A stretch of DNA of 64,000 nucleotides from Nitrospirota bacterium (GCA_963751455.1 CAVVUN010000015.1:1088001-1152000); one strand, 5' to 3'; shown: positions 52,798-62,856, counted from the stretch's first letter. Program-made: numbers and translations. Notes: a model not told the origin generated them from the letters alone.

Positions 52798-55791
52798 TTG
52801 ATCCCCAAAGAATGTAAACGCCTTGCAGAAGTGGATTTTCCGATTGCTGTCGTGAGCAAGCATTCGGCACGGGAGAAATACGTTCGACAAGGTCATCCGA
52901 GTACATTACATCTTTGGTGGGCGCGTCGGCCGCTGGCTGCATGCCGCGCTATATTATTGGGTTTATTGTTACCCGATCCTTGTGATCCATATTGTCCGGA
53001 TGACTTCAAGAGAGAGTCGATTAAGCTGCTGAGGCGCGATGCTGCTACATCAGACAAATCTCTGCAAAAAGCTCTTCTCAAATTTATCGGAGATTTTGCG
53101 AACTGGGAGGCCGCTGCAGACAGAAAATACCTCGAAATAGGTCGTGGTTTAATCAAGGCAGCACATCCGAATGAGAAACCATTAGTGGTCGATCCTTTTA
53201 CAGGTGGTGGTTCTATTCCCTTTGAAGCACTTCGATTGGGGTGCGATGCCTTTGCTAGTGACCTTAATCCTGTTGCACGCTTGGTTCAAAAGGTGTTATT
53301 GGAAGACATTCCACGACATGGTCAACGATTGGCAGAGGAGTTGCGCAATACGGGAGAGGAAATACGCAAAGCTGCTGAAAAAGAGCTTGCGAACTATTAT
53401 CCAGTAGATGCAGATGGGTCGCGTCCTATCGTTTATTTGTGGGCGCGCACTGTTCAGTGTGAATCTCCAAATTGCGGCGCCGAAATGCCGCTTATACGGT
53501 CTTTTTGGTTGTCCAAGAAATCAAATCGAAAAAGTGCGCTGAAATATGAAGTGATACGGCAAAAAGGGAAACCGCCCCGTGTTGAATTCGACATTTTTGA
53601 ACCAAAGAGAGATAAAGAAGTTCCAACTGCAACGATTACACAGGCAAGAGCTACCTGTCTTTGCTGCGGGTCAGTTCTATCTCCTGACCGCGTAAGGGTA
53701 CAGCTTACAACAATGCGTGGGGGAGCGGATGTTAGTTTTGATAAACACGGCAGCCGTATCGGTGGAGCGCGTTTACTTGTTGTTGTTATTTTGAAGGAGA
53801 ACGATCCAGGACGTCATTACCGCTTACCTGCTAATAAGGACTATGAAGCTGTATGGAGAGCAAAGAAAAGTCTTGACAGATTGTCTCACCAAAAACAAGA
53901 TGGCGATCAAGAATTATCGATGGTTCCCGATGAAGTAATATCCCTGAATGAGATTAGACGAATATCGGTGCCGATCTATGGTGCAACAACTTGGGGTGAT
54001 ATTTTTACATCACGACAAAAGCGTACGCTGTCTACGTACTCTGCGCTTGTCAGAAAAAATAACAATAAAGATACTGCCGCTATGTTGGCTCTTGCAGTTG
54101 ATAGAATGATCATGCTATTAAGTGCGCATTGTCGCTGGAAGCCTACAGGAGAAACGCTGATTGATATGTTTGGCCGTCACGCAATCGGCATGGTCTGGGA
54201 TTTTGCGGAAGCCGTCCCGGGTGTCCAGACATCAAGTATATTCAAAGGATGGATTGACGCGTATGTAAAATTTAGCGAAGACATTTCACGGCTATCATTA
54301 GAGCCTGCACAGGTCATATCCGCAGATGCGTGTAAACATCCGCTGCCTGACTCATCCTGTAGCATCTGGTTTACAGATCCGCCCTACTATGACTCAATCC
54401 CTTATGCGCATCTTGCAGATTGTTTTTATGTCTGGTTAAGAAGAATGTTATCAAATAGTCCTTTACTGAAAGCCTTTACAACTGAACTGACGCCTAAAGA
54501 AGCAGAATGTGTAGTTGATCGTCCACATCGGTTAAGTACTTCAAAAAAAGATGCAAAATATTTTGAAGAGGGTATAAAAGCAGCGTCTGCCGAAGGCCGT
54601 CGAATTCTTGCCGATGATGGTATCGGCTGTATAGTTTTTGCCCACAAAACTACTGAGGGATGGGAATCTCTGCTATCAGGCATTATACAAGCAGGTTGGT
54701 CGGTGACTGCATCATGGCCTATTTCTACTGAGCTTGCTACCCGATTAAATGCAAGAGACACGGCTTCATTAGATGCAAGTATTCATCTTATTTGTCGTCC
54801 TCGTATTAACGATCAGGTCGGTGACTGGGGTGAAGTTCTTAGAGAACTACCGAAGCGAGTAGGTGACTGGATAGAGCGGCTCCAGGCTGAACATGTGCGT
54901 GGGGCTGATCTAGTATTTGCCTGTATAGGCCCAGCGCTAGAAATATTCAGTCGGTATTCTCGTGTCGAGACAGCGGATGGGAAAGAGGTCCCGCTTGCGG
55001 AGTACCTTGCGAAGGTTTGGGAAGTGGTTGGGCGGACGGCGTTGGAGCATGTGCTCGGAACAGCCGAGGCCAAGGCGCGGAATGGAATGGCAGGCGCATT
55101 GGAAGAGGACGCGCGGTTGACCGCGCTATTTCTCTGGACGCTTCAGAGTACCAATGGCGATGCTGATTCCCCCTCACCCCGGCCCTCTCCCGCAAGGGGC
55201 GAGGGAGTAGATGAGGAAAGCTCTGACGATGAAGATGAGGATGTAGGGGCAAAGGGAAAAAAGGGTGGTTACAGCCTTATTTACGATGTTGCACGAAGAT
55301 TTGCACAACCTCTCGGTATTCACTTGGAGAAATGGGAAGGCAGGATCATCGAAACAACAAAAGGGGTCGTTCGGCTTTTGCCTGTGCATGAGCGAGCGAA
55401 GCAACTTTTCGGTGAGGCAGGTGTGCAGGCTGTCGCCGAGCAAATGAAACACAAAAGGGCCGAATCACTGCAAATGACTCTTTTTGCCCATGCGGAGTTG
55501 CCAGCCGCGGCTGAAGTATCAAAATCTGGTCGAAAGAATAAGACGAGGATCGAGATTTCCGACGATGCCGTAGAAACGCGGAAGATTGAGGCGACGACTC
55601 TCGACCGCGTGCATGCTGCGATGCTCCTTCAGGCTGGCGGGCAGTCCAATGCTCTTCGGGCCTTACTCAAGGCGGAGCAGGAACGCGGGCCGGATTTTCT
55701 GCGGTTGTCAAACGCGCTTTCGGCTCTGTATCCGCGCGAGAGCGAAGAGAAGCGGCTGCTTGATGCGATGCTTTTGGCAGTGCCGAGGTAA
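52798..55791 (+). CDS. DUF1156-containing DNA amino-methyltransferase
   Basis: LHLWWARRPLAACRA, DPFTGGGSIP, TDPPYY, FAHK. Confidence 0.9.
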   Translation: MIPKECKRLAEVDFPIAVVSKHSAREKYVRQGHPSTLHLWWARRPLAACRAILLGLLLPDPCDPYCPDDFKRESIKLLRRDAATSDKSLQKALLKFIGDFANWEAAADRKYLEIGRGLIKAAHPNEKPLVVDPFTGGGSIPFEALRLGCDAFASDLNPVARLVQKVLLEDIPRHGQRLAEELRNTGEEIRKAAEKELANYYPVDADGSRPIVYLWARTVQCESPNCGAEMPLIRSFWLSKKSNRKSALKYEVIRQKGKPPRVEFDIFEPKRDKEVPTATITQARATCLCCGSVLSPDRVRVQLTTMRGGADVSFDKHGSRIGGARLLVVVILKENDPGRHYRLPANKDYEAVWRAKKSLDRLSHQKQDGDQELSMVPDEVISLNEIRRISVPIYGATTWGDIFTSRQKRTLSTYSALVRKNNNKDTAAMLALAVDRMIMLLSAHCRWKPTGETLIDMFGRHAIGMVWDFAEAVPGVQTSSIFKGWIDAYVKFSEDISRLSLEPAQVISADACKHPLPDSSCSIWFTDPPYYDSIPYAHLADCFYVWLRRMLSNSPLLKAFTTELTPKEAECVVDRPHRLSTSKKDAKYFEEGIKAASAEGRRILADDGIGCIVFAHKTTEGWESLLSGIIQAGWSVTASWPISTELATRLNARDTASLDASIHLICRPRINDQVGDWGEVLRELPKRVGDWIERLQAEHVRGADLVFACIGPALEIFSRYSRVETADGKEVPLAEYLAKVWEVVGRTALEHVLGTAEAKARNGMAGALEEDARLTALFLWTLQSTNGDADSPSPRPSPARGEGVDEESSDDEDEDVGAKGKKGGYSLIYDVARRFAQPLGIHLEKWEGRIIETTKGVVRLLPVHERAKQLFGEAGVQAVAEQMKHKRAESLQMTLFAHAELPAAAEVSKSGRKNKTRIEISDDAVETRKIEATTLDRVHAAMLLQAGGQSNALRALLKAEQERGPDFLRLSNALSALYPRESEEKRLLDAMLLAVPR
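55169..55207 (+). repeat. REP-like hairpin in-frame within the methyltransferase
   Basis: CCCCCTCACCCCGGCCCTCTCCCGCAAGGGGCGAGGGAG encodes PSPRPSPARGEG. Confidence 0.7.
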
Positions 55792-55847
55792 ACGTAAGGC
55801 AAGAAAAAGGCCTTGCAATTTTCCACCACAAATGGCATTATTTCAGC

Positions 55848-56183
55848 ATGAAAGTAGTGGAAAAAGATAAAGTCGTCAGCGGCATGCTTCGGGACGAGCT
55901 CAAACGATGCCAGGAGATGCTCGCCGGTCTGCAGAAGTCCGCTGCAGCGCTTCCCAAAGGTGTTCTCAGCGAACGGAAGAAGCGATACAAACAAAAAGCC
56001 TATTCCTACTTTTCGTTGAAATACCGCGACGGGAAACAGGTTGTCAATAAGCACATACCGAACGCCGACGCGCCGGCGCTGGCGAAGAAACTCGATCAAA
56101 GAAAGCAGCTCGAAAAAGAGGCGCTGGCGTATGAGAAAAGAATCGTTTATCTTTCGAAGATCCTGAAAACCGGCAAGGGCTGA
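55848..56183 (+). CDS. Small basic protein (DUF6788-like)
   Basis: LPKGVL..YSYFSLKYRDGKQVVNKHI; own promoter TTGCAA-17-CATTAT. Confidence 0.7.
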   Translation: MKVVEKDKVVSGMLRDELKRCQEMLAGLQKSAAALPKGVLSERKKRYKQKAYSYFSLKYRDGKQVVNKHIPNADAPALAKKLDQRKQLEKEALAYEKRIVYLSKILKTGKG

Positions 56184-56187
56184 AGGC

Positions 56188-56877
56188 ATGCTGCTGACGA
56201 TTCCTCTCACGAACAAGAACATCTTTCCGCCCGAGGTTGCTGAGCTGTTTCAGGCTCTCCACAACGCAAGTTTCTTTGAAGAGTCCATGCTGATCGGAAG
56301 CTGGGTCATGCCCCTGTATCAGGCCGCCTTCGGCATGTCCTATGTGCTTCGCACGCTCGACATTGATTTCGCGGTCCAGTTTGCCGCATCCGACAGAATC
56401 AGGAAGTCCGATATCGAGAGCATCATCACGGCCTTAGGCTATCTGCCGGTCATGATGCAATCCGGCATACGGAAGTATACGCGCGAAAATTTCAGCGTCG
56501 AATTCGTCGCACACCGGAAAGGCGGCAGAGATGACGAAGTCGTGGTGATCAGAAAATGGAACATTACCGCCGCGCCGCTTCCTTTTGTGAATATTCTTCT
56601 GGATTTTCCCTTTATCGCCGATTTCGGTGGCTTCCGCGTGAGGGCTCCGATCCCGGAAGCATACTTTATCCAAAAAATGCTTACTGCCCAGAGACGGCCC
56701 GGCGAGAGTAAAAGGGACAAGGACCTTGAACAGTGTTCGATCATAGCGCGCAGAATCGATTCGGGCAGGCTTGCAGCGGTAATCGGATCGCTTAAGCTGA
56801 GTGCGAAGAGCAAGAAAGCGTTACTCGCCTCATGCGAGGCGATCCATTTTCCACCACAGACGCTGGGTTTACGGTAG
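56188..56877 (+). CDS. GSU2403-like nucleotidyltransferase-fold protein
   Basis: LIGSW, RTLDIDF, P.PEAYFIQK, KRDKD. Confidence 0.78.
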   Translation: MLLTIPLTNKNIFPPEVAELFQALHNASFFEESMLIGSWVMPLYQAAFGMSYVLRTLDIDFAVQFAASDRIRKSDIESIITALGYLPVMMQSGIRKYTRENFSVEFVAHRKGGRDDEVVVIRKWNITAAPLPFVNILLDFPFIADFGGFRVRAPIPEAYFIQKMLTAQRRPGESKRDKDLEQCSIIARRIDSGRLAAVIGSLKLSAKSKKALLASCEAIHFPPQTLGLR

Positions 56878-56913
56878 CAGTGTAGGGGAAAGAAAAGGGC
56901 AGAGGAGGATATC

Positions 56914-59673
56914 GTGGAACCTTGGTATAAGGTAGTTACTCCCCGCAAGGAAGTTCGTGAGGGGAGATCATTCAATCCGGACGAGTTTGCAATCGCCCTT
57001 GAGCAGGTTGTGGCTAAGACCGCTCCCGAGGACTACCGCGATCCTGCAAAGTTCTTCAGCCGAACCTTTTTCTCTCGTGCTCTAACCGACCATGCCTGCA
57101 TGGTGCTTCGCCGTTTGTCGGGCGAGACGACAAATACTGCGCCGGTGCTTACGCTCATTACCCAGTTTGGCGGAGGTAAGACACATACCCTGACGACACT
57201 CTATCACCTGATCAATAGCGGCACACCTGTCGCGAAGCTTACAGGCGTACCGGAATTATTGAAACAGTCTGGACTTGCTTCTGTGCCGAAATCAAAAGTC
57301 GGCGTTTTTGTCGGCAATGCCTGGGACCCAAAGGAAGGGCATGAAACCCCTTGGATCGATCTTGCACGTCAGCTTGCGGGCGACAAAGGCGTTGCAGCCC
57401 TCGGCACATCATCCAAGACAACTCCTCCTGGAACAGAAGTTCTCGGGAAAGTATTTGACGCCGCAGGTGGTTCGGTGCTCATCCTTTTTGATGAAGTGCT
57501 CAATTTCATGAACCGCCATAGAGATATGTCGGAGCCATTCCATGCCTTTATCCAGAATCTCACCGTTGCTATGACAGGCGCCGCAAAGAGCGCGGCAGTC
57601 ATCAGCCTTCCGCGCAGCCAGGTTGAGATGACTGAATGGGATATGAAGTGGCAAGAAAAGATCACGAGGGTTGTGAGGCGAGTATCAAAGGACCTGATCG
57701 TTCTCGATGAGGCGGAAATATCAGAGGTGATCAGGCGCAGGCTCTTTGAAGACTTGGGGAATGAAAGAATCAGGAAGAACGTTGCAAAAACTTACGCAGA
57801 CTGGTGCTTTGAACGCCGCGCTCAGCTTCCTCCTGAATGGACGGCGGTTGACTCAGCTTCGAGCGAGGCAAAGTCACGCGAGTATTTACAGAGCAGGTTT
57901 GAGGCTTGTTATCCTTTTCATCCCGCCACGCTTTCCGTGTTCCAGAGAAAGTGGGCAACAGTAACCCAGTATCAACAGACACGCGGCACTCTTGCCATGC
58001 TTGCTCAGTGGATATCGTGGGCACAGAAGGACGGTTTTCAAAAGGCTAGAACTGAACCACTCATTACTCTTGGATCGGCTCCGCTCGATGTACCGGAGTT
58101 CCGCAGCGTCGTACTGGGCCAGCTCGGCGAGTCGAGGCTTCAGTTTGCTATTGATACCGATATTGCAGGGAATCATGCGCATGCCCGAGCTTTAGATGTG
58201 GATACCAAGGGGCCGCTTAAAGGTCTTCATCGCCGTGTGGCAACAGCAATTTTATTTGAATCATCGGGCGGCATGGTGGACAAAGTGGCTCATCTGCCCG
58301 AGCTCCGGTTTGCGCTGGGTGAGCCTGATGTAGATACAACCTCTGTTGACACTGCTGCACACGCACTAGAATCAAAGGCATATTATGTCAGGAAAGTTGG
58401 CACGGATGGCTTCCGGATCGGATACCAGCCTACGCTTAAAAAGGTGGTGAGCGACCGGCGTGCTTCGTTGGATGAAGAAAGCGAGATTCGCCCTGCAATG
58501 CAAACGCTCGTGAAAAGTGAGTTTGAACGAGGGCGGACAATCCCGTGGATTCTATTTCCCACGGATGGAACAGAGGTGCAGGATTCTCCTAAGCTGACTC
58601 TCATTCTTATGGACCCGAGAAATGAATGGGATGGTAATGGCGGCCTGCGCACGCGCATCGGGGAGTGGACAAAGCAGCGCGGCAGTTCACCCAGGCTCTA
58701 TCCCGGTTCGCTTGTCTGGTGTTTCAAAAAACCAGGCCGTGAACTGCACGATAAGGTTGAAATGATGCTTGCCTGGAGGCGGGTCAGACAGGAAATCGAC
58801 GATAATACACTGGGCGGAGATTTTGACCGCTCAGATAAAGCAGAGCTACATACCAAGGTAAAGGATGCCGAAGAATCGGCGAAGGATGAGGTCTGGGCGT
58901 GTTACCGATATGCAGTCCTGTATGATCCCGCGGCTAAGGACGGACTTAAAATTATTGATCTTGGAGCAGGGCATTCGAGCGCGAGTGAAACGCTTTGTGG
59001 TCGGATCATCAGCGCATTAAAAGCTGAAGCACTCTTAAACGAATCAGTAGGCGCAGGCTATCTTGATCGCAAATGGCCACCTGCGTTAAAAGAATCTGGA
59101 GCCTGGCCGCTTGGCAGCCTTCGTCAAAGTTTTTTAAACGGCACCATGCCCCGCCTTGTTGATCCGGACACGGTCCTGAGAAATAAGATCGTGGAATTCG
59201 TCGAAAGGGGCGAGATGGGGCTTGCCTCTGGCCAAAAGCAGGATGGTACTTTTGATCGAGTTTGGTTCAATGAGTCTATCGCAATAGATGAAGTCACGTT
59301 TGACACCGGTGTGTTTCTTTTGAACAGTAAGAAAGCCCGTCAGCTTAAGAGTGGAGCGACAGTTCTTCCTGCTGGCGTCGTAGTTCCACAACCGGAACCC
59401 ACCAAGACTATTCCTGTTGGATCTGATCAAACAACGGCTGTGGCGGGTGCCCAGCAGGTATGTCTGTGCTTAACGGGTGCGGTGACGCCGGAAGTATGGA
59501 ACAGGTTGGGTGTGAAACTATTGCCGAAGCTGCGAGGCGGTCAAGATTTGAAGCTCGGCATTAATTTTACTGTTACCATCGATGCCAGGTTCGCTAAGAA
59601 TACCGAAACTGAATTGCGCCAGATTATTGAAGAGCTTGGGCTCAGCGAGACGATTACAGTAGAAGTGAAATAA
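56914..59673 (+). CDS. DUF499 family ATPase
   Basis: PW..V.PR, FGGGKTH, LFDE, RRRLFE, YPFHP, QQTRG. Confidence 0.88.
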   Translation: MEPWYKVVTPRKEVREGRSFNPDEFAIALEQVVAKTAPEDYRDPAKFFSRTFFSRALTDHACMVLRRLSGETTNTAPVLTLITQFGGGKTHTLTTLYHLINSGTPVAKLTGVPELLKQSGLASVPKSKVGVFVGNAWDPKEGHETPWIDLARQLAGDKGVAALGTSSKTTPPGTEVLGKVFDAAGGSVLILFDEVLNFMNRHRDMSEPFHAFIQNLTVAMTGAAKSAAVISLPRSQVEMTEWDMKWQEKITRVVRRVSKDLIVLDEAEISEVIRRRLFEDLGNERIRKNVAKTYADWCFERRAQLPPEWTAVDSASSEAKSREYLQSRFEACYPFHPATLSVFQRKWATVTQYQQTRGTLAMLAQWISWAQKDGFQKARTEPLITLGSAPLDVPEFRSVVLGQLGESRLQFAIDTDIAGNHAHARALDVDTKGPLKGLHRRVATAILFESSGGMVDKVAHLPELRFALGEPDVDTTSVDTAAHALESKAYYVRKVGTDGFRIGYQPTLKKVVSDRRASLDEESEIRPAMQTLVKSEFERGRTIPWILFPTDGTEVQDSPKLTLILMDPRNEWDGNGGLRTRIGEWTKQRGSSPRLYPGSLVWCFKKPGRELHDKVEMMLAWRRVRQEIDDNTLGGDFDRSDKAELHTKVKDAEESAKDEVWACYRYAVLYDPAAKDGLKIIDLGAGHSSASETLCGRIISALKAEALLNESVGAGYLDRKWPPALKESGAWPLGSLRQSFLNGTMPRLVDPDTVLRNKIVEFVERGEMGLASGQKQDGTFDRVWFNESIAIDEVTFDTGVFLLNSKKARQLKSGATVLPAGVVVPQPEPTKTIPVGSDQTTAVAGAQQVCLCLTGAVTPEVWNRLGVKLLPKLRGGQDLKLGINFTVTIDARFAKNTETELRQIIEELGLSETITVEVK

Positions 59674-59717
59674 ATCTCAAGTCGTGGCGTTGTCAACTGC
59701 GAAGAAGATCCGGCTTA

Positions 59718-60415
59718 TTACTTATATCTTTTCTTCTTCTCCATCACCACCCCGACAATCCGATACTCGATGTCTTTATTCAAGACGATATCCTGATATT
59801 TGGGATTCAGCGGGTGGAGGACTCGGGCACTGTCGAATTTTTTGTACTGCTTAAACGTTGCCTCTTCCTCGTCGTTCTTCACGATAACGTAATCGCCGTT
59901 CTCCGCCCCTGCCCCGTAGCTGCAAGTAGGGCGATTCGAATCATTTGCGACAATCAGGTGTTGTACTCCCGCCAAATGCAGGGTTGAATAATCATGTGCT
60001 GCAACGGGGTGAACAGTAGGGCTGATAACGAGAATTTCGCCTTCCTTGAACTCCGGCTCCATGGAATTGCCCTTCACCCGGAGCGCGAAGTTGTGCTCTC
60101 CTTTAATATCGCTCTCGATCCATTCTGCTGCATCTTCTGTGTGGAATGATTCACCGGTTTCCGACCACTTGCCGGCAGCCACCTAGGATGTGACCGAGAT
60201 CTTACGCATCTTGCCGAGAGCGGCGGGCTCCACGTTTTCGAGAGGTAGCCGGTCTCTCTGAGGAACTCCTGAACGTCGGCGCGGTAGGCTGCCCCGATGC
60301 TGCCAAGATTCGAAGTCACGCCAGCTACGGGGTAAACATCACCTTGTCGAACGACGGGGCGGTCACGCCGTCTTCGATTTCCTTGACGAACGTGCGGGAA
60401 ACATGCGCGAGCTTA
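59718..60415 (-). pseudogene. HTH-S24 (LexA/CI-like) repressor disrupted by a stop, a frameshift and two repeat insertions
   Basis: HTH relic AKLAHVSRTFVKEIEDG; VAAG, VKGNSMEP, ATFKQ, LHPLNP. Confidence 0.8.
59909..60013. mobile_element. Dispersed ~100 bp inverted-repeat cassette inserted in-frame in the S24 domain
   Basis: CTGCCCCGTAGCTGCA..TGCTGCAACGGGGTGAA; CCCC to GGGG span is 98 bp. Confidence 0.75.
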
Positions 60416-60431
60416 GCGGGATAGGTTATGC

Positions 60432-60902
60432 CTATTTCTCTTTCCACATACGTGCATCGAAGACAAAGGGCATGGGATCGCTGATGCGGATTTTCTTAAA
60501 GTCACGGTGGCCGGGATTGAGCAGATAGTTCCAGCTTTTAGGAACCAGCACGGAGGGGACTCGGAAAACAGCCGTGTCCGCTTTTTTCGCCCATGCGGAA
60601 CCGATATCCTTTGTTGAATCCTGCGGCGGTTCGGCGGTCCAGTCATCAGGGAGATCGGCGCTTTTAAGCTTTTCAACAAGGACACTGTCCGGGATCTCGA
60701 TCTTAAAGTACACGAACTTGATATGAGAAGCGTCGAACCCCAAGTGAACGAACTTTTCGACCACGGACAGCGCCAGAGACTCGCTTGCGTAGATTGCCGG
60801 TATGCCCTGGTGATGCCATCGGCCGCTTACGCGGCGGGCCCCTTCGCCGGTAAATGCTTCCTTGGCGCGTTTTGCCTTATCCAGGCGCCACGCAGTGATC
60901 AC
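60432..60902 (-). CDS. RES domain toxin (NAD+ phosphorylase family)
   Basis: WR..GEGA..GRW..YASES..E..VH..VPS..NYLLNP.H. Confidence 0.92.
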   Translation of the reverse strand: MITAWRLDKAKRAKEAFTGEGARRVSGRWHHQGIPAIYASESLALSVVEKFVHLGFDASHIKFVYFKIEIPDSVLVEKLKSADLPDDWTAEPPQDSTKDIGSAWAKKADTAVFRVPSVLVPKSWNYLLNPGHRDFKKIRISDPMPFVFDARMWKEK

Positions 60903-61339
60903 GAAATGACCCCGTACTCAATGCGCCAGAGAAGGTCTTCGACCTCCTTTGATCCTGCCTCGGTATGCAGCAGATCAAGGGGCGCTTTGCCGCCCAAGCC
61001 CACCTGTCCCCGGCGCAGCCATTCCCTGGCTTTGTCCTCGTCCTCCAGGACCTCGCAGGCGATCGAGAATATCCTCGCCAACCGGTAAAGCCGGTCGCTG
61101 GCAATGGCCGACAGGCGCTGACCCGGAGAGTTGCGGACGCGGGCCAGAGTCCGCTCGCTTACCTCGATAATGCCGGCGAAAACGGGGAGGGGAAGGTTCA
61201 GCAGGCCCCGGACGTGGTTTCCCGCCTTATAGGGGAACCCTTCGCGGATGAGCTTGTCCAGGTCCAGGGTGCTTTTGATTTTGCGTCCAAGAGAGGTCTG
61301 GCCGCCGAGAACTGATACGATATTCTGTTCGGTAAACAT
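60899..61339 (-). CDS. Xre/MbcA/ParS antitoxin
   Basis: SERTLAR, SDRL, A.EWL, LGG.APLDLL..G..EV..LL.RIEYG; 4 nt overlap with the RES gene. Confidence 0.92.
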   Translation of the reverse strand: MFTEQNIVSVLGGQTSLGRKIKSTLDLDKLIREGFPYKAGNHVRGLLNLPLPVFAGIIEVSERTLARVRNSPGQRLSAIASDRLYRLARIFSIACEVLEDEDKAREWLRRGQVGLGGKAPLDLLHTEAGSKEVEDLLWRIEYGVIS

Positions 61340-61412
61340 GAAAGTGACCTCCTGTCATCTGGCATAATATTATCAGACAAATGGCAAGCTGTCAACTGAA
61401 ATAGGTGAAAAC

Positions 61413-61535
61413 TTACTTGTACCGCTTCTTCTTCTCCATCACCACTCCGACGATCCGGTATTCCTTATCCTTGTTCAGGACGATGTCGTTGAACTTGGGA
61501 TTGAGCGGGTGAAGGATTTTGGTATTGTCGTACCG
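61413..61535 (-). pseudogene. 3' relic of a second S24 repressor
   Basis: RYDNTKILHPLNPKFNDIVLNKDKEYRIVGVVMEKKKRYK*, paralogous to 59718-59850. Confidence 0.8.
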
Positions 61536-61605
61536 TTTACCCCGTTACAGTTCAATCTTATAGGCGCTAATGTTACGGTATTGCAGAAGGGGAGCGGATG
61601 GCTCT

Positions 61606-62030
61606 GTATCGCTTTATTTGAACCTATTTTCATTTCCAATGAAATATATTCCTGTCGATAATACGAACAGGGAATTCATAGGCGGTCATTGGAATAAGAA
61701 ATATATTCGAGCTATACAGTCGATTCTTCTGGTTAAGAGAGGAATCGTGTCCAGTAATCGGAGTTTTTTTGAAAAGGCGTTTGGGAAAACGCTTGATGAG
61801 TATTTTGAGATACTGATGATGCCAGAGGACTTTATAATCTATCGAAAATATTTCGAAATGGAAAAAAACTGACTCCCGAATGGCAAAAATTGTATCGATC
61901 ACTAAATCAAAGCGAGAAGTCGTTATTGCTTGAAACGGTGAAAACTAACAAGGTTGCGCCATTGGAGCACGTTCACTATTCCACGAGTCTCCAGAAAATA
62001 TTGCCATATTACGAAATTACTTATGATTAA
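61606..62030 (+). pseudogene. C-terminal relic of a probable radical SAM-type protein
   Basis: SFPMKYIP..IGGHWNKKYIRAIQ..FFEKAFG..MPEDFIIYR; family assignment from recall. Confidence 0.4.
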
Positions 62031-62129
62031 TCGTCAGTCTGGTAAAACGCCGAGTGTGGCTAATGGTATAAACATTTGTCGCTGTTCTCCGAAAACAGCG
62101 AGTGATATGTTGAGGACGATGGCGCAATA

Positions 62130-62474
62130 TTATGCGGCCGCTTTTTGAGCCCTCACATCGACGGAAGTAGGAAGCGTTATTTGCACGTTGGCCTGAGTCG
62201 CGGGGACAAACATATAGGATTGATATGAAGAATATGTAGTTGTCGTTATTACAGGCGGTTCCGGTATTTCCATGCCCAGTTCAATTCGTGTTTTTAAGTA
62301 GAGCTGCTTTGCATCTCCAAGATTTTGCAATGCTTCTTCCTGGCTTCTTCCATGACTCATACATCCCGGCAGTTGAGGATGTTCTGCGCGATAGCAGGGT
62401 TCGCCGTTCATATCTTCATCGGGTGTCACAATCGCGATGTAGGGCAATGATAAATAATGGTCGATAGTTTTCAT
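62130..62474 (-). CDS. hicB: HicB family antitoxin
   Basis: YLSLPY..P.LPGCMSHG.S.EEAL.NL. Confidence 0.88.
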   Translation of the reverse strand: MKTIDHYLSLPYIAIVTPDEDMNGEPCYRAEHPQLPGCMSHGRSQEEALQNLGDAKQLYLKTRIELGMEIPEPPVITTTTYSSYQSYMFVPATQANVQITLPTSVDVRAQKAAA

Positions 62475-62698
62475 TTCGGGTCGCCCCCCTTTAATTCCTG
62501 TAATTTCTCGATTAGTTTTATGGCTGTTTGAATATATCCTACCACAACATGGCTATGTCTGGCAACTGTTGCCATCAATTCGGGATGTTCAGGATGATAA
62601 TAAATCGTGTGATTGCCACCCTCACGGAACGTGAAACCAAAACCAGTATAAACCTTGTGCAGGTCATCCGGTGTCCAGCCATGCTTCGTGTTCTTCAT
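62471..62698 (-). CDS. hicA: HicA family toxin
   Basis: GF.FREGGNH.IY.HP..VARH; overlaps hicB. Confidence 0.8.
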   Translation of the reverse strand: MKNTKHGWTPDDLHKVYTGFGFTFREGGNHTIYYHPEHPELMATVARHSHVVVGYIQTAIKLIEKLQELKGGDPK

Positions 62699-62825
62699 TT
62701 TCTCGAAGTATGGCTATCATTCTAATAGATGGGGATGTTGTTCACATACCTATAACGCTGAAGACGAGCGCGCGGCCGATTTAGAATAATTCCGGGTAAG
62801 AGGTGTGATAGTTCAAGTCGTCCGT

Positions 62826-62856
62826 AAAAAAGCCCGCTCATAAGAGCGGGCTTTCT
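62826..62856. terminator. Rho-independent terminator, probably bidirectional
   Basis: AAAAAAGCCCGCTC-ATAA-GAGCGGGCTTTC. Confidence 0.8.

Noticed and set aside
62749-62800. attC-like site beside hicAB
   Set aside because: TATAAC start is suggestive, but I could not find a complementary second arm
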